This document shows positions 8,657 to 17,312 of a stretch of DNA of 64,000 nucleotides, one piece after another (the stretch's first letter is position 1; the number at the start of each line of letters is the position of its first letter). A program made the position numbers and the translations under genes. Below the pieces are notes generated by a model. It had not been told where the DNA came from, searched no databases, and worked only from the letters and a program-made list of their open reading frames with translations. Location: IMG/VR virus record IMGVR_UViG_3300033489_000601, positions 1,020 to 65,019 of that record. One strand, given 5' to 3'. This stretch comes from a virus.

Positions 8657-8844
8657 TCGTCCGCTTTGTCTTCGGCCCGCCGGAGAGCGGTGAGGCTGCG
8701 TGCGCGGCGGCGTGCTTCGTGGCGCACAGAATGCCCATCGACGCGACGAGCGACACGCTGCACGACATCGCCTGGGCGCTTGTGGGCCTCGGCCTCTTCG
8801 TGCCGGGCGCGGCGATCCGTCATCCGGGGGCGCGGCTGTGCTGA
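8653..8844 (+). CDS. Small hypothetical protein
   Basis: 63 aa; overlaps the DUF5131 stop (GTGA) and the start of the next gene. Confidence 0.45.
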   Translation: MIVRFVFGPPESGEAACAAACFVAHRMPIDATSDTLHDIAWALVGLGLFVPGAAIRHPGARLC

Positions 8845-9413
8845 CCGTCTACACCGCGCGCATCACGTACACCGGCCCCGACCGCCTCGACATCACGCGC
8901 AAGGGCAATGACCCGATCGGCGTGGCGTTCGCGCCGACGTGGGCGATCCTCGAGCCGGCGCTCGACGCGGGCGTCGAGGCGAAGCTCATCCAAGAAGCTG
9001 CCCACGCTGGCGGGTATGACCGCAGCCTTGCGGCACACGATGTTCGGTCGATGCTCGAAGACTCATGGTCGACGTACGTCGACGCGTACACGGGCGAGAT
9101 GCGCGTGAGCGCCGGGATGGACGAGAAGAACCCGCGCTTCGGGTTCTTCGAGCGGCGCGCTGTGGCACGCGGCTGTCGCCCTCGCCCCGAAGCCTGGGCC
9201 TCGGTTCGCGCGCGCTGTCAGGTGGTGCTGTGCTGCTTCTGCACCGAGCCGACGCGCTGTCATCGCCGACTGCTCGCGGGCTTCCTCGTGAAGCGTGGCG
9301 CGGAGGACGGTGGTGAGCTGATCCAGCGCGGGCGCTGCGAGGTCGACGGCTGCGGGCGATTGCTCTTCGTCGTGCCGAGCGGCCTCGTCTGCGATCAGGG
9401 TCACGGCCAGTGA
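8838..9413 (+). CDS. DUF488-like protein
   Basis: VYTARI..RLDITRK..FAPTW..W..Y...Y..EMR.S...VLCCFC.....CHRRLLA pattern. Confidence 0.7.
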   Translation: MLTVYTARITYTGPDRLDITRKGNDPIGVAFAPTWAILEPALDAGVEAKLIQEAAHAGGYDRSLAAHDVRSMLEDSWSTYVDAYTGEMRVSAGMDEKNPRFGFFERRAVARGCRPRPEAWASVRARCQVVLCCFCTEPTRCHRRLLAGFLVKRGAEDGGELIQRGRCEVDGCGRLLFVVPSGLVCDQGHGQ

Positions 9414-9471
9414 AGCCGGCCCACACGCGAGGATGTAGACCGCGGCCAGAGCCCCGCGCGAGGGTAGCACG

Positions 9472-9867
9472 ATGACCGCGGCGCTCCTCACCGCTCGAGC
9501 CGTCGCCGCTCAGCTCAGCGTGAGCGAGCGGCAGGCCTATCTGCTGATGCGGGAGATGGTGCACGTTCAGCTCGGCCGCTCGATCCGCGTGACTCCCGCC
9601 GCTCTCGCGGCCTATGTTCGCCGCCGGACGGCCATCCCATGCGCGACCAACACAGGCTCTATCGGCGGAAGAAGAACGGGCGCGAACTGCCTACGTGGTG
9701 GTGTGAGTACTACGACGCAGGCCACAAGCGCATCCAACGATCCACAGGATGCCGCGACCGGAAGGCCGCCGAGGCTCGCGCTCGTGAGCTCGAACGCGTT
9801 GCCGCTGATCCGGCCCACGCAGCCGCGCACAAGATCACGATCAGGGACGCTCTCCAGCGAGTCGTAG
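9472..9867 (+). CDS. xis: Excisionase-like winged-HTH protein
   Basis: LLTARAVAAQLSVSERQAYLLMRE...LGRSIRV, immediately upstream of and overlapping the integrase. Confidence 0.75.
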   Translation: MTAALLTARAVAAQLSVSERQAYLLMREMVHVQLGRSIRVTPAALAAYVRRRTAIPCATNTGSIGGRRTGANCLRGGVSTTTQATSASNDPQDAATGRPPRLALVSSNALPLIRPTQPRTRSRSGTLSSES

Positions 9868-10979
9868 TCGACCGGGCCGCGCAGGGGCGTGCGAAGGGCA
9901 CCGTCGAGATGTACGCCTCGAAGGCCGGCGCGTTCCTGCGGGTCTGGGGCGAGGACTTCCCGCTTGCTCAGGTCGACGCCAAGCCCGTGGACGCCTTCAT
10001 CGAGCAGCGGCTCACGGAAGGCGCATCACGCAGCACGATCGGCAAAGAACTAACGACGCTGCGGATCGCGTTGAAGCTCGCGCGCCGGCGCGGCGAGTAC
10101 CACCTCGCGATCGAGCAGGTGATGCCTGAGCGGTGGACGGTGAACTACGAGCCGGGGACGCGCCACCTCACCGCCGAGGCCTTCGAGCGGCTGCTCCCTG
10201 AACTCCTCGCTGACCGCGGCGCTCACGTGTGCTTCATCGTCGCGACGGGCGCGGACCTGGCGCCGAGCCTCACCGCACGCCGCATCGACATCGATCTCCA
10301 GAAGGGCATGGTGCAGGTGGGCGGCACGAAGACGGCGCACCGCGCTCGCACCGTGCCGATCGCCTTCCCTTGGCAGCGCGCCCTCCTCGCTCGCGTGCTC
10401 GAGGTCTGCGGCGGCAAGCCGGGACCGCTCTTCCGCCCGTGGGGGAACGCGGTGCGCGAACTCGCGGCGGCGTGCCAGCGCGCGGGCGTTGAGCGCGTGA
10501 CGCCTCGTGACCTCCGACGGACCTACGCACAGTGGTTGCGAGGCGCGAAGGTGCCGCCGTCGCTCGTGGGGCCGATGATGGGCCACGGCGACGGGCGCAT
10601 GGTCGAGAAGGTCTACGGGCGTCTCACGCCGGAGGAGCTCGCGCGCCAGGTCGCCGCCTACGCCCCGCAGGAGGCCGCGGGGCTCGTGTTGAGCCTGAGC
10701 GAGGACGGGCGCCTGAGCGTGTCGCGAGAGCCGACCTCGGCCGAGCTGAACGCGCTGAGGGCGGGGCTCGCTCGGCTCGAGGAGCGGTGTCACGCCCGTG
10801 TCACGCGTTCGGTCCGTGGCGGTGCAGAAAATGCGGGGGGTGCAGAGCGGGAGCCGCTCAAAACGTCCGTAAATACAGTGCCCAGGGGCGGAATTGAACC
10901 GTCGACACGAGGATTTTCAGTCCCCGCGTCACGGCGCTCCTACGACGGTAGATCAAGCCCACAGCGGCGGGCGGGGTGA
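9639..10979 (+). CDS. int: Tyrosine recombinase/integrase; C-terminus runs through attP
   Basis: N-terminal arm-binding region (WWCEYYD...IQRSTGCRDRKAAE), SAM-like core, PRDLRRTYA, MMGH and EKVYGR (Tyr nucleophile); box I reads TGADLAP. Confidence 0.88.
   Translation: MRDQHRLYRRKKNGRELPTWWCEYYDAGHKRIQRSTGCRDRKAAEARARELERVAADPAHAAAHKITIRDALQRVVVDRAAQGRAKGTVEMYASKAGAFLRVWGEDFPLAQVDAKPVDAFIEQRLTEGASRSTIGKELTTLRIALKLARRRGEYHLAIEQVMPERWTVNYEPGTRHLTAEAFERLLPELLADRGAHVCFIVATGADLAPSLTARRIDIDLQKGMVQVGGTKTAHRARTVPIAFPWQRALLARVLEVCGGKPGPLFRPWGNAVRELAAACQRAGVERVTPRDLRRTYAQWLRGAKVPPSLVGPMMGHGDGRMVEKVYGRLTPEELARQVAAYAPQEAAGLVLSLSEDGRLSVSREPTSAELNALRAGLARLEERCHARVTRSVRGGAENAGGAEREPLKTSVNTVPRGGIEPSTRGFSVPASRRSYDGRSSPQRRAG
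10878..10925 (-). mobile_element. attP core: 3' half of tRNA-Phe(GAA)
   Basis: Reverse complement GGGGA-CTGAAAA-TCCTC-GTGTC-GACGG-TTCAATT-CCGCC-CCTGGGC-AC comprises anticodon arm, T arm and acceptor 3' strand; no D arm or 5' half; phage genes on both sides. Confidence 0.88.
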
Positions 10980-11005
10980 GGCGGTGTCACGCGGGTGTCA
11001 CGGGG

Positions 11006-11212
11006 CTAGTTCGCGCTACGCCGCCGGATCTGCGTCGTTTCCTCGGCGTCCGCGTCGAGGCTCGCGAGCCACTCCACGAGATCGGCGGGCGCCTCACGCG
11101 GCTCGAGCGCGTCGAGGTGCCGCCGCAGGATCGGCCGGAGCAGCTCGCGGTATTTCGGCGACACGTCGGGCGCGGCGTCGGCGGGCGGGGTGAAGGGGCA
11201 TGGGCGGCTCAT
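11006..11212 (-). CDS. Hypothetical protein
   Basis: 68 aa, ATGA-coupled to the upstream gene. Confidence 0.55.
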   Translation of the reverse strand: MSRPCPFTPPADAAPDVSPKYRELLRPILRRHLDALEPREAPADLVEWLASLDADAEETTQIRRRSAN

Positions 11213-12462
11213 GACGCCCTCCGCTCTTCCGCAGCGAGCCGGAGAGAGAGGCTCACCACAAGCCGCTCCAGGTCCTCGTTCCTCGCGGTGGCGCGCGCGA
11301 GTCGCTCCTCCAGGCGCGCGGCTTCCTCTCCGGCCTCGGTCACCACTCCCGCTCGCTCTACAACCGCGCCTGTAATTGCGGACGCAGAAGGGCCGCCGAC
11401 GGTCGCCTTGTAGCCCGCGCCGTGAAGCGCGCTCGACGCCCGCTCGAGCGCCTGCTCTGCCGCGTCAGTCCACGAGCACGAGGTCGCGACGCCCTCGCGC
11501 TTCATGCCCCATCGCAGCACGACGCGCCCGTCGCTCGTGACGTTGACGAGAAGCCCCGGCTCGGTGGCCGTGCCTTCGCGGGCTCCTGCGCGCGTGAGGA
11601 CCGAGGCGATGCGCTCGCGGGCGGTGCTGTAGCCGAACGCCTGGCGCTCGGCGAGGTCGCGCGCGAAGCCGGGGGGCGGTTGGGGGGCGGCGGTGCGGAC
11701 GGGGGCCCATTCCTGCTCTATGCCGTCGAGCTTACCGATCTGCCAGCCCGCGCCGTCGATCTGCCAGCAACCGGGCTCCTCTCGAAGCACGCCCTCGCGT
11801 CCTTTGGTGCTTGTGCCAATCCCCCGCACGAGCACGCCCTCGCGCACCCACGCCGGGAGCGCCGCCACAGGCACGGGAACGCACTCCATTCGCCCGCAAA
11901 TCCGCTTGCGAAGACAGTACCACCCCGATCCGCGCGCCGCACCCTCGCGCCACGTGCAGGCCATCCCGCATGAGGGGCACGCAGGCGCTTCCCCGTGCGC
12001 AGTTGGCGGCACGATGGTCTCACGGCGCGTCCAAGCGGGCGCTGGGACAAACTCGACCTCCAATTTGATCTTGTTGAACCAATCCTCAGCGAACGCGAGG
12101 AAGAACTCTATCGCTGCGCGCTCGCTCTTCCAGACGTGAGCGTGCTCGATCGAGTTGCTCCATGTGCCGACATGCTGCGCTTCCTCCACGATGCGCACGA
12201 AGTAGGGGATTGTGCTGTGATACCGCTTGAGCACAACGCGGGTGTCGAGAGGGCGCGGGCTCGGCATCGTCGGAGTGACCGGAGCGGCGGTGACCGGGGC
12301 CACGTCGTCCGCGTCCGCGCGCGAGGGCATGCCCGCGAGCCCGTCGGCGCTGATGGGCGGCGCACCGGGAACGGTGGCGGGTGCGGCCTCCCTCTCGCGC
12401 TTCGCCTGCGTCTTCTGTTTGCTGTTCTTCGTCGCCTTTGATATACGCGTCGCGTTCTTCAT
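11209..12462 (-). CDS. Multi-domain hypothetical protein (basic/Pro-rich N-terminus, Zn ribbon, coiled-coil end)
   Basis: GAGGAGGT SD; CPSCG...C..C motif; 417 aa; contains an operator copy at 11358-11375. Confidence 0.7.
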   Translation of the reverse strand: MKNATRISKATKNSKQKTQAKREREAAPATVPGAPPISADGLAGMPSRADADDVAPVTAAPVTPTMPSPRPLDTRVVLKRYHSTIPYFVRIVEEAQHVGTWSNSIEHAHVWKSERAAIEFFLAFAEDWFNKIKLEVEFVPAPAWTRRETIVPPTAHGEAPACPSCGMACTWREGAARGSGWYCLRKRICGRMECVPVPVAALPAWVREGVLVRGIGTSTKGREGVLREEPGCWQIDGAGWQIGKLDGIEQEWAPVRTAAPQPPPGFARDLAERQAFGYSTARERIASVLTRAGAREGTATEPGLLVNVTSDGRVVLRWGMKREGVATSCSWTDAAEQALERASSALHGAGYKATVGGPSASAITGAVVERAGVVTEAGEEAARLEERLARATARNEDLERLVVSLSLRLAAEERRAS

Positions 12463-12492
12463 CGTGACCTCCTCGTCATCTGTTGAACATGG

Positions 12493-12526
12493 AGAGCGCC
12501 GGGCGTTCGTGCCCGGCGCTCTTTTT
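12493..12526 (+). terminator. Rho-independent terminator
   Basis: Perfect stem AGAGCGCCGGGC-GTTCGT-GCCCGGCGCTCT followed by a T tract. Confidence 0.75.
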
Positions 12527-12731
12527 ACTTTCGCTTGCTCTTCGGCGGGCTCGTCCCAACCTCACCCTCGAGCGCCTCCACGCCGCGCGTGAGCGCCCGC
12601 TGCACGAGCGCGTGGCGCGAGATGCTGATCCCGCCCGCCCGCTCTTTCATCACCTCGCAGAGCGCGTCGATGCGCTCCATCATCTTGCCGTCCACCTTCA
12701 CGGTGAGCGGCGTCTTGGTCTCATCGGCCAT
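12525..12731 (-). CDS. Ribbon-helix-helix (Arc/CopG-like) regulator
   Basis: TPLTVKVDGKMMERIDAL...ISRHALVQRALTRGVEALE is an alternating beta-strand followed by two helices. Confidence 0.8.
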   Translation of the reverse strand: MADETKTPLTVKVDGKMMERIDALCEVMKERAGGISISRHALVQRALTRGVEALEGEVGTSPPKSKRK

Positions 12732-12732
12732 G

Positions 12733-12791
12733 AGGTGCACTCTGCCGAAAGAAGGTGCACCCGTCAAGCGGTATGTGCTAGGGTGCACCTT
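12733..12791. promoter_or_regulatory. Divergent promoter region with three GTGCAC boxes
   Basis: AAGGTGCACCC (12752-12762) and GGGTGCACCTT (12781-12791) form a perfect inverted repeat; third box at 12735; minus-strand TTGACG between them. Confidence 0.65.
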
Positions 12792-12803
12792 GGAGGTTAG
12801 GAG

Positions 12804-13118
12804 ATGGCGATAAATAGATGGCGCGGCGAGGTGATGCGGGTGACGCGGACGGCGTATGGGCTCCGTGTGGCGCTGGGTGCGCTCGGCATGCAGGTCGACG
12901 ACGCGTGGATCGCCGTGGTTCACGAGCGCATCAAGGATGACGTGGAGACTGTGGCCGTGGGCGGGAAGGCCTCGGTCAACGCGCCGGCGCTCGCCATCAG
13001 CCGCGAGGACGCCGTGCGGCTCCTTCGTGCGACGGGGAGCAGCGAACGGCAGCCGAGTGAGGCGCTCTGCTCGCTCGTCGATCGGCTCGAGGTGTTCGTC
13101 GAGGAGCCCGCGCGATGA
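12804..13118 (+). CDS. Hypothetical protein
   Basis: GGAGGT/AGGAG SD; 104 aa; ATGA-coupled to the next gene. Confidence 0.65.
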   Translation: MAINRWRGEVMRVTRTAYGLRVALGALGMQVDDAWIAVVHERIKDDVETVAVGGKASVNAPALAISREDAVRLLRATGSSERQPSEALCSLVDRLEVFVEEPAR

Positions 13119-13477
13119 CCGCCATTATCACCGCCGACCTCCTGCGCCGCTTCGCCCGCGCGCACGGCTGGCGCTCGACGAAGCGGGCGATCTACCTCCC
13201 GCCGACCGCGGCCGAGACGTCACGCAAGGCGTACGCCGTGCCTCTCGCCGACCTGCCGACGGCGCTCGCGCTGATCGCGGGAGAACTCGACACGTCGGCG
13301 GAGGAGGTCGCGGCGCGGCTGGGGATGCTCGCGGCGGCAGAGGTTCTCATCGTCGACCGGGCCGAATACCCGAAGCGCACCGCGTACGACACGCGGGTCC
13401 GGGACATCCTGACGGACCACATCGATACGCTACTCCGTCGCGCCGGCATCGACCCCGCCCGCTGGCCTCCTGCGTGA
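13115..13477 (+). CDS. Hypothetical protein
   Basis: 120 aa, GC3 bias, coupled at both ends. Confidence 0.65.
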   Translation: MTAIITADLLRRFARAHGWRSTKRAIYLPPTAAETSRKAYAVPLADLPTALALIAGELDTSAEEVAARLGMLAAAEVLIVDRAEYPKRTAYDTRVRDILTDHIDTLLRRAGIDPARWPPA

Positions 13478-13998
13478 TCGGCCCCGCCTTCTCCCTTCTC
13501 GCCTTCTCGCCCGCCGCAGTCATCAGCGTGCGCGAGCGGCGTCACCGCCCCGTCGCCGCGTCGCTCTTCATCAGCCTCGTTCACGCCTGTGTGACCGAGG
13601 CTGATGCGTCCGAGCGCGTGCGGGGCTGCGGCGTCGTGCTCGTCGCGGGTGCGAGCTGCTACGCGTCCCTCGCCATCTGGGAGCCACGGCTGCGGCTCCT
13701 TAGCGCGGTGTGGCTCCTTAGCGCGGGCGCTGTGCTCGCGGGCCTCCTTGACGAGCGGTGGGGCGCGGTCGCATTGGCGCCTAGCGCGTGCGCTGTCGCC
13801 GTCGGCGCGGTCGCGTGGTGGCGCGCAGGCATGAACGCGAACGGCGCCGCGGAGTGGACCGCCGCCGCCCTGCTCGTGAGCGACGCGACGGCGCTGTTGT
13901 TCGGCCCCGACGCGATCGCGTACCAGGGGCGCGTGCAGGCGGCGCTCATCGCCGCGCTTCAGATCGCGTTCATCGCACGAAGCCGACGCGCTGCTTGA
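13474..13998 (+). CDS. Multi-pass membrane protein
   Basis: GTG overlaps the previous stop; several hydrophobic stretches. Confidence 0.55.
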   Translation: MIGPAFSLLAFSPAAVISVRERRHRPVAASLFISLVHACVTEADASERVRGCGVVLVAGASCYASLAIWEPRLRLLSAVWLLSAGAVLAGLLDERWGAVALAPSACAVAVGAVAWWRAGMNANGAAEWTAAALLVSDATALLFGPDAIAYQGRVQAALIAALQIAFIARSRRAA

Positions 13999-14134
13999 CC
14001 GGGGCTTCCGGCGCGGGCTGCGCCTCGGTGAAAAAGCGCGCCTCACGCACGAGGAGCCGCGCCTCACGCAGGATGAGCGGCAGGGTCACGAGCACCACGG
14101 ACGCGAACGTCGTGAGGCACGCGATCGCATTCAT
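13970..14134 (-). CDS. Small membrane protein (54 aa)
   Basis: MNAIACLTTFASVVLVTLPLILREARLL...; ATGA-coupled to the 14131 ORF. Confidence 0.45.
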   Translation of the reverse strand: MNAIACLTTFASVVLVTLPLILREARLLVREARFFTEAQPAPEAPVKQRVGFVR

Positions 14135-14439
14135 CGCAGCGCGTACCAGATGACAGCGGCCACGAGGGCCAGCGCGCCGAGCACGAGCGCGGTCTTCTTC
14201 TTCGGCGGCGGGGGAGGAGGCGGAACAGTGGGGATGACGTCGGTCGTCACGGGCTCGCTCATCTCACTGTTCCTTGAAGCCCCAAAGGGCTCGCTCGAGG
14301 TCGGCGGCGAAGGCGCCGGAAGCGACGTACGACTCGGGGGCGCGTCCATAAGCTCGCTCGCTTCGTCGACGATCCACTCGCTCGGGAGTGGCGTCCGCGG
14401 GTCGCTGTCGGACGGTGGAGCGCTCTCGGCTTCGGTCAT
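14131..14439 (-). CDS. Pro/Ser-rich protein with C-terminal membrane anchor
   Basis: Low-complexity N-terminus, then KKK-TALVLGALALVAAVIWYALR. Confidence 0.55.
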   Translation of the reverse strand: MTEAESAPPSDSDPRTPLPSEWIVDEASELMDAPPSRTSLPAPSPPTSSEPFGASRNSEMSEPVTTDVIPTVPPPPPPPKKKTALVLGALALVAAVIWYALR

Positions 14440-14497
14440 CGCAGGGCTCGGCCATGGGATGTGAACAGCACGCCTATCGGCAGGATGCAAGAAGCGA

Positions 14498-14980
14498 TCA
14501 GGGAATCAGCAGGTCCTGACGCGCCGTGGCCATGAGCCACGTGCCTGGCAGCACGATCACGGACGCATCGGGGGCGCCCGTCGCCACCTGGAGCGCGATC
14601 GCGTAGTCCCCGGCGGGGACATAGATCGACCCGAGGAGCGTCGTCTGGCGGGCATATCCGAGCGGCGTCTGCGCGCCGGGGACTACGATCTCGACCTCCA
14701 GGCCGGACACCGCGATCGTCGCCTGCACGTCGATCGAGGAGGTCGCGAGGAGCCAGCCCTGCACGTCGATGAGGCCTGCGCTTTTGCGGCTGATGCAGAC
14801 CGCAGCGACCTGCTCGTAGTCCGCCTGCGCGAATGACAGCGGCTCGGTGAGCGTGTCGGAGGCCTGCGCCTCGCAGTTGGCAGCGACGCCCTGAAGAGCT
14901 TCGGCGCGCCACTCCGGGACGATTGGCTCGGTGGCATTGCAGGCGAGGAGGGTAAGGGCGAGGAGGATAAAGATCTTCAT
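14498..14980 (-). CDS. Predicted lipoprotein
   Basis: MKIFILLALTLLA-C lipobox; AGGAG SD; beta-rich mature domain. Confidence 0.75.
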   Translation of the reverse strand: MKIFILLALTLLACNATEPIVPEWRAEALQGVAANCEAQASDTLTEPLSFAQADYEQVAAVCISRKSAGLIDVQGWLLATSSIDVQATIAVSGLEVEIVVPGAQTPLGYARQTTLLGSIYVPAGDYAIALQVATGAPDASVIVLPGTWLMATARQDLLIP

Positions 14981-15032
14981 GTGATGCTCCTACGAGGTGT
15001 GAATGGTTATCGACACGCCGGCATATGCCGTG

Positions 15033-16760
15033 TCACGCAGCAATCCAGCACAATTGCAGCCGCACGTTGGTTGCCGCGCCCGCAACACCGCCTCCGCGCG
15101 CGCACTTGATCGACATCTTTTCGCCAGCACCCCACGTGATCGTTCCGGCGACGGCGGCCGTGTTGTCGGTCGCGGCGTTATCAAGCGTGATCGTCATCGC
15201 CGTGTCCGCTGGTGCTCCACCAGCGGTGCCAACCTGGATCGTGAATGTCGTAGTGCCAGCGCCGACGCCGGCAACCTGCGCAATCTCGAGCGTGCCCGCG
15301 AGTTTGAGCGAGACGCCGGTCGGGTTTTTTATGTACAGCTGCGTCGCGGTGATGGTCGATACTGCGGTTCCAGGTGGCCAAATATAGGCGGGCCCAAAGG
15401 ACCCCGTGCCGAGGCTTGACGCACCGAACGACATCACGATCTTCCCGACCGCCGCCGCGACCGCCGTGTCACGGGCGCCCTTCGTGTCGATGTCGTCCAC
15501 TGCGCTTGGGTCGGCAACCTTCGCACGCCCCGCGCCGTCGCGGATCATCGGAGCGCTCGCCGTGGCCGCGGAGGTCATCGCGACGCCGCCGACGCTCAGC
15601 GTGTCCGCAGCGAGATTTACGCCGGCCTGCATCGTCAGAGCCGCCGCTGTCAGGATGAACTTGTCGACGCCGCCGACGCGCCCGCGGAGGTCAACCGCGG
15701 CGTTGAACCCCAGCGAATTCTTGGTCGTCGACCAAGAAATCGTGCTGGACGCGCTGAGGTAGAGGCACGTCTGAAACACACCGAGGGCGGTGCCGCCCTT
15801 GAAACTCAGGGTGCCGCTCGACACGCCGTCGCTGCCCAGGTTGAGGGTTAGCGCGCCGGGTTCGTCTGCGTCGACGTCGCCGCCTTCGCCCGCTGCGAGC
15901 TCTAGCTCTCCGCCGATCGAGCCTGGCTCGCCTTTCTGCCCGGAGAGCGTCGTCTTCAGGCCAGCGCCTACTACGACGGGGGCCTTCCCGATCGTGGTCG
16001 CGCCGGCGGCGCTGAAGGCGATGTTGCCCGCGGTGTAGACCGGGGTGATCGTCGTCAGATACGTGTAGTGAGTCGAGGTCAGGAAGCCCGCCGTCGAGCC
16101 GTCCGCGTTGGCATGGAGTGTCCCGCCGAGCTGCGTACCATGGGCGTGCACGTGGTCAGCGCGCGCGGCCGTCGTGCCTACACCGATGGCTGCGGTGCCC
16201 ACCGCAGCGGGGAGCGTGGAGCTCAGTGCGAGCGCAGCGGCGAGCGCGGTGTTGAGCGTCCGAAGGTTCGCCGCGTGGTCGCCCTCCCAGTTGCGCCATG
16301 TTTCGGTGCTGAACTGCGAGGTCTCGCGCCAGGCGAGATCGTGCAGGCCCTGCGAGCTCAGGATCTCGAGCCCGCATGCCGTGTCGCGCACGTCCTCGCT
16401 CTGCGCGCCGCCCTTCACGCCGTTGTTGACGATGAGCTGGCAGAGGTACTTGCCCCACGTCGAGGGCATGACGAAGCTCGCGGGGGCCGAGTTGCCGCGG
16501 TAGACGAACGCCGTGTACGTGATGGTCGAGCCGGTGGGGCCGACGATGCTCGTTTCCTCCTCCGTCCACGCGCCGCCGGGTCCCGTCCATCCCTCCGGGT
16601 ACGAGTAGAACTCGATGCGCGTGAGCGGCGTACCGGGCCACGCGACGGTGCTCTCGTACGAGAACTGGATCGTCTCGCCGCCGGTGACTGTGCGCGCGCC
16701 TGCGACAGCGGCGTCGCCGTTGACCGAGGTCAGAAGTCGAGCATACGGCGTCGTGGTCAT
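15033..16760 (-). CDS. Tail fibre / receptor-binding structural protein
   Basis: 575 aa Gly/Ala/Thr-rich; AARADHVHAH repeat-like fibre motif; at the distal end of the tail module. Confidence 0.65.
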   Translation of the reverse strand: MTTTPYARLLTSVNGDAAVAGARTVTGGETIQFSYESTVAWPGTPLTRIEFYSYPEGWTGPGGAWTEEETSIVGPTGSTITYTAFVYRGNSAPASFVMPSTWGKYLCQLIVNNGVKGGAQSEDVRDTACGLEILSSQGLHDLAWRETSQFSTETWRNWEGDHAANLRTLNTALAAALALSSTLPAAVGTAAIGVGTTAARADHVHAHGTQLGGTLHANADGSTAGFLTSTHYTYLTTITPVYTAGNIAFSAAGATTIGKAPVVVGAGLKTTLSGQKGEPGSIGGELELAAGEGGDVDADEPGALTLNLGSDGVSSGTLSFKGGTALGVFQTCLYLSASSTISWSTTKNSLGFNAAVDLRGRVGGVDKFILTAAALTMQAGVNLAADTLSVGGVAMTSAATASAPMIRDGAGRAKVADPSAVDDIDTKGARDTAVAAAVGKIVMSFGASSLGTGSFGPAYIWPPGTAVSTITATQLYIKNPTGVSLKLAGTLEIAQVAGVGAGTTTFTIQVGTAGGAPADTAMTITLDNAATDNTAAVAGTITWGAGEKMSIKCARGGGVAGAATNVRLQLCWIAA

Positions 16761-16786
16761 GGTAGGGTGCTCGCGGAGGTGAGGAG

Positions 16787-17212
16787 ATGGAGAAGCGTGA
16801 AGATGATGAGGTTGCGCGTGCTGTCGCCGCGGAGCGCGAGCGGTGCGCGGGGATCGTGGAGCGCGGCGACGGGCATCGGCGCGCTGACATGGCGGCTGAG
16901 ATCCGCGCGGGCCATCCAGCCGCGGTCACGACGCCCGCGCGCTACGTGCCGACGCCCGCCGCGCTCCGGCGCTCGACGCTCGCGGCTACGCTTCAGCTGT
17001 CGCGTGTGAGCGCTGCGTTCGCGGCTGAGGCCTTCGAGGAAGAGACCGCGCTGGTGACCGCAGCCCTCGAAGCGGCTCGCCGCATGCAGCCGCCGGCGGC
17101 GCCGCTGAAGGTCGCCTCGCTCGAGACCATCGTGCGCATCCTCGCGACCATGGCGCTCCACGCGTCGCCGACCCCGGCTGACGCTCGTCTGCTCTTGCAG
17201 TTTATCGGGTAG
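16787..17212 (+). CDS. Hypothetical protein (antisense insert)
   Basis: TAGGGT then GGAGGTGAGGAG SD and ATG; AERERCAGIVE motif common in phage proteins. Confidence 0.65.
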   Translation: MEKREDDEVARAVAAERERCAGIVERGDGHRRADMAAEIRAGHPAAVTTPARYVPTPAALRRSTLAATLQLSRVSAAFAAEAFEEETALVTAALEAARRMQPPAAPLKVASLETIVRILATMALHASPTPADARLLLQFIG

Positions 17213-17312
17213 AGTTCCAGCCGCGGCTGTAGGCACTCGCACGCGGATAGCACAGATCCGCGTGCTGGGATAGGGCTGCGTGCGAGGGGTGGGGCTGTGG
17301 TACCGTAGCGGG

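Noticed and set aside
10878-10925. Functional tRNA-Phe gene
   Set aside because: Only the anticodon arm to the 3' end is present, with no D arm or 5' acceptor strand; interpreted as attP.
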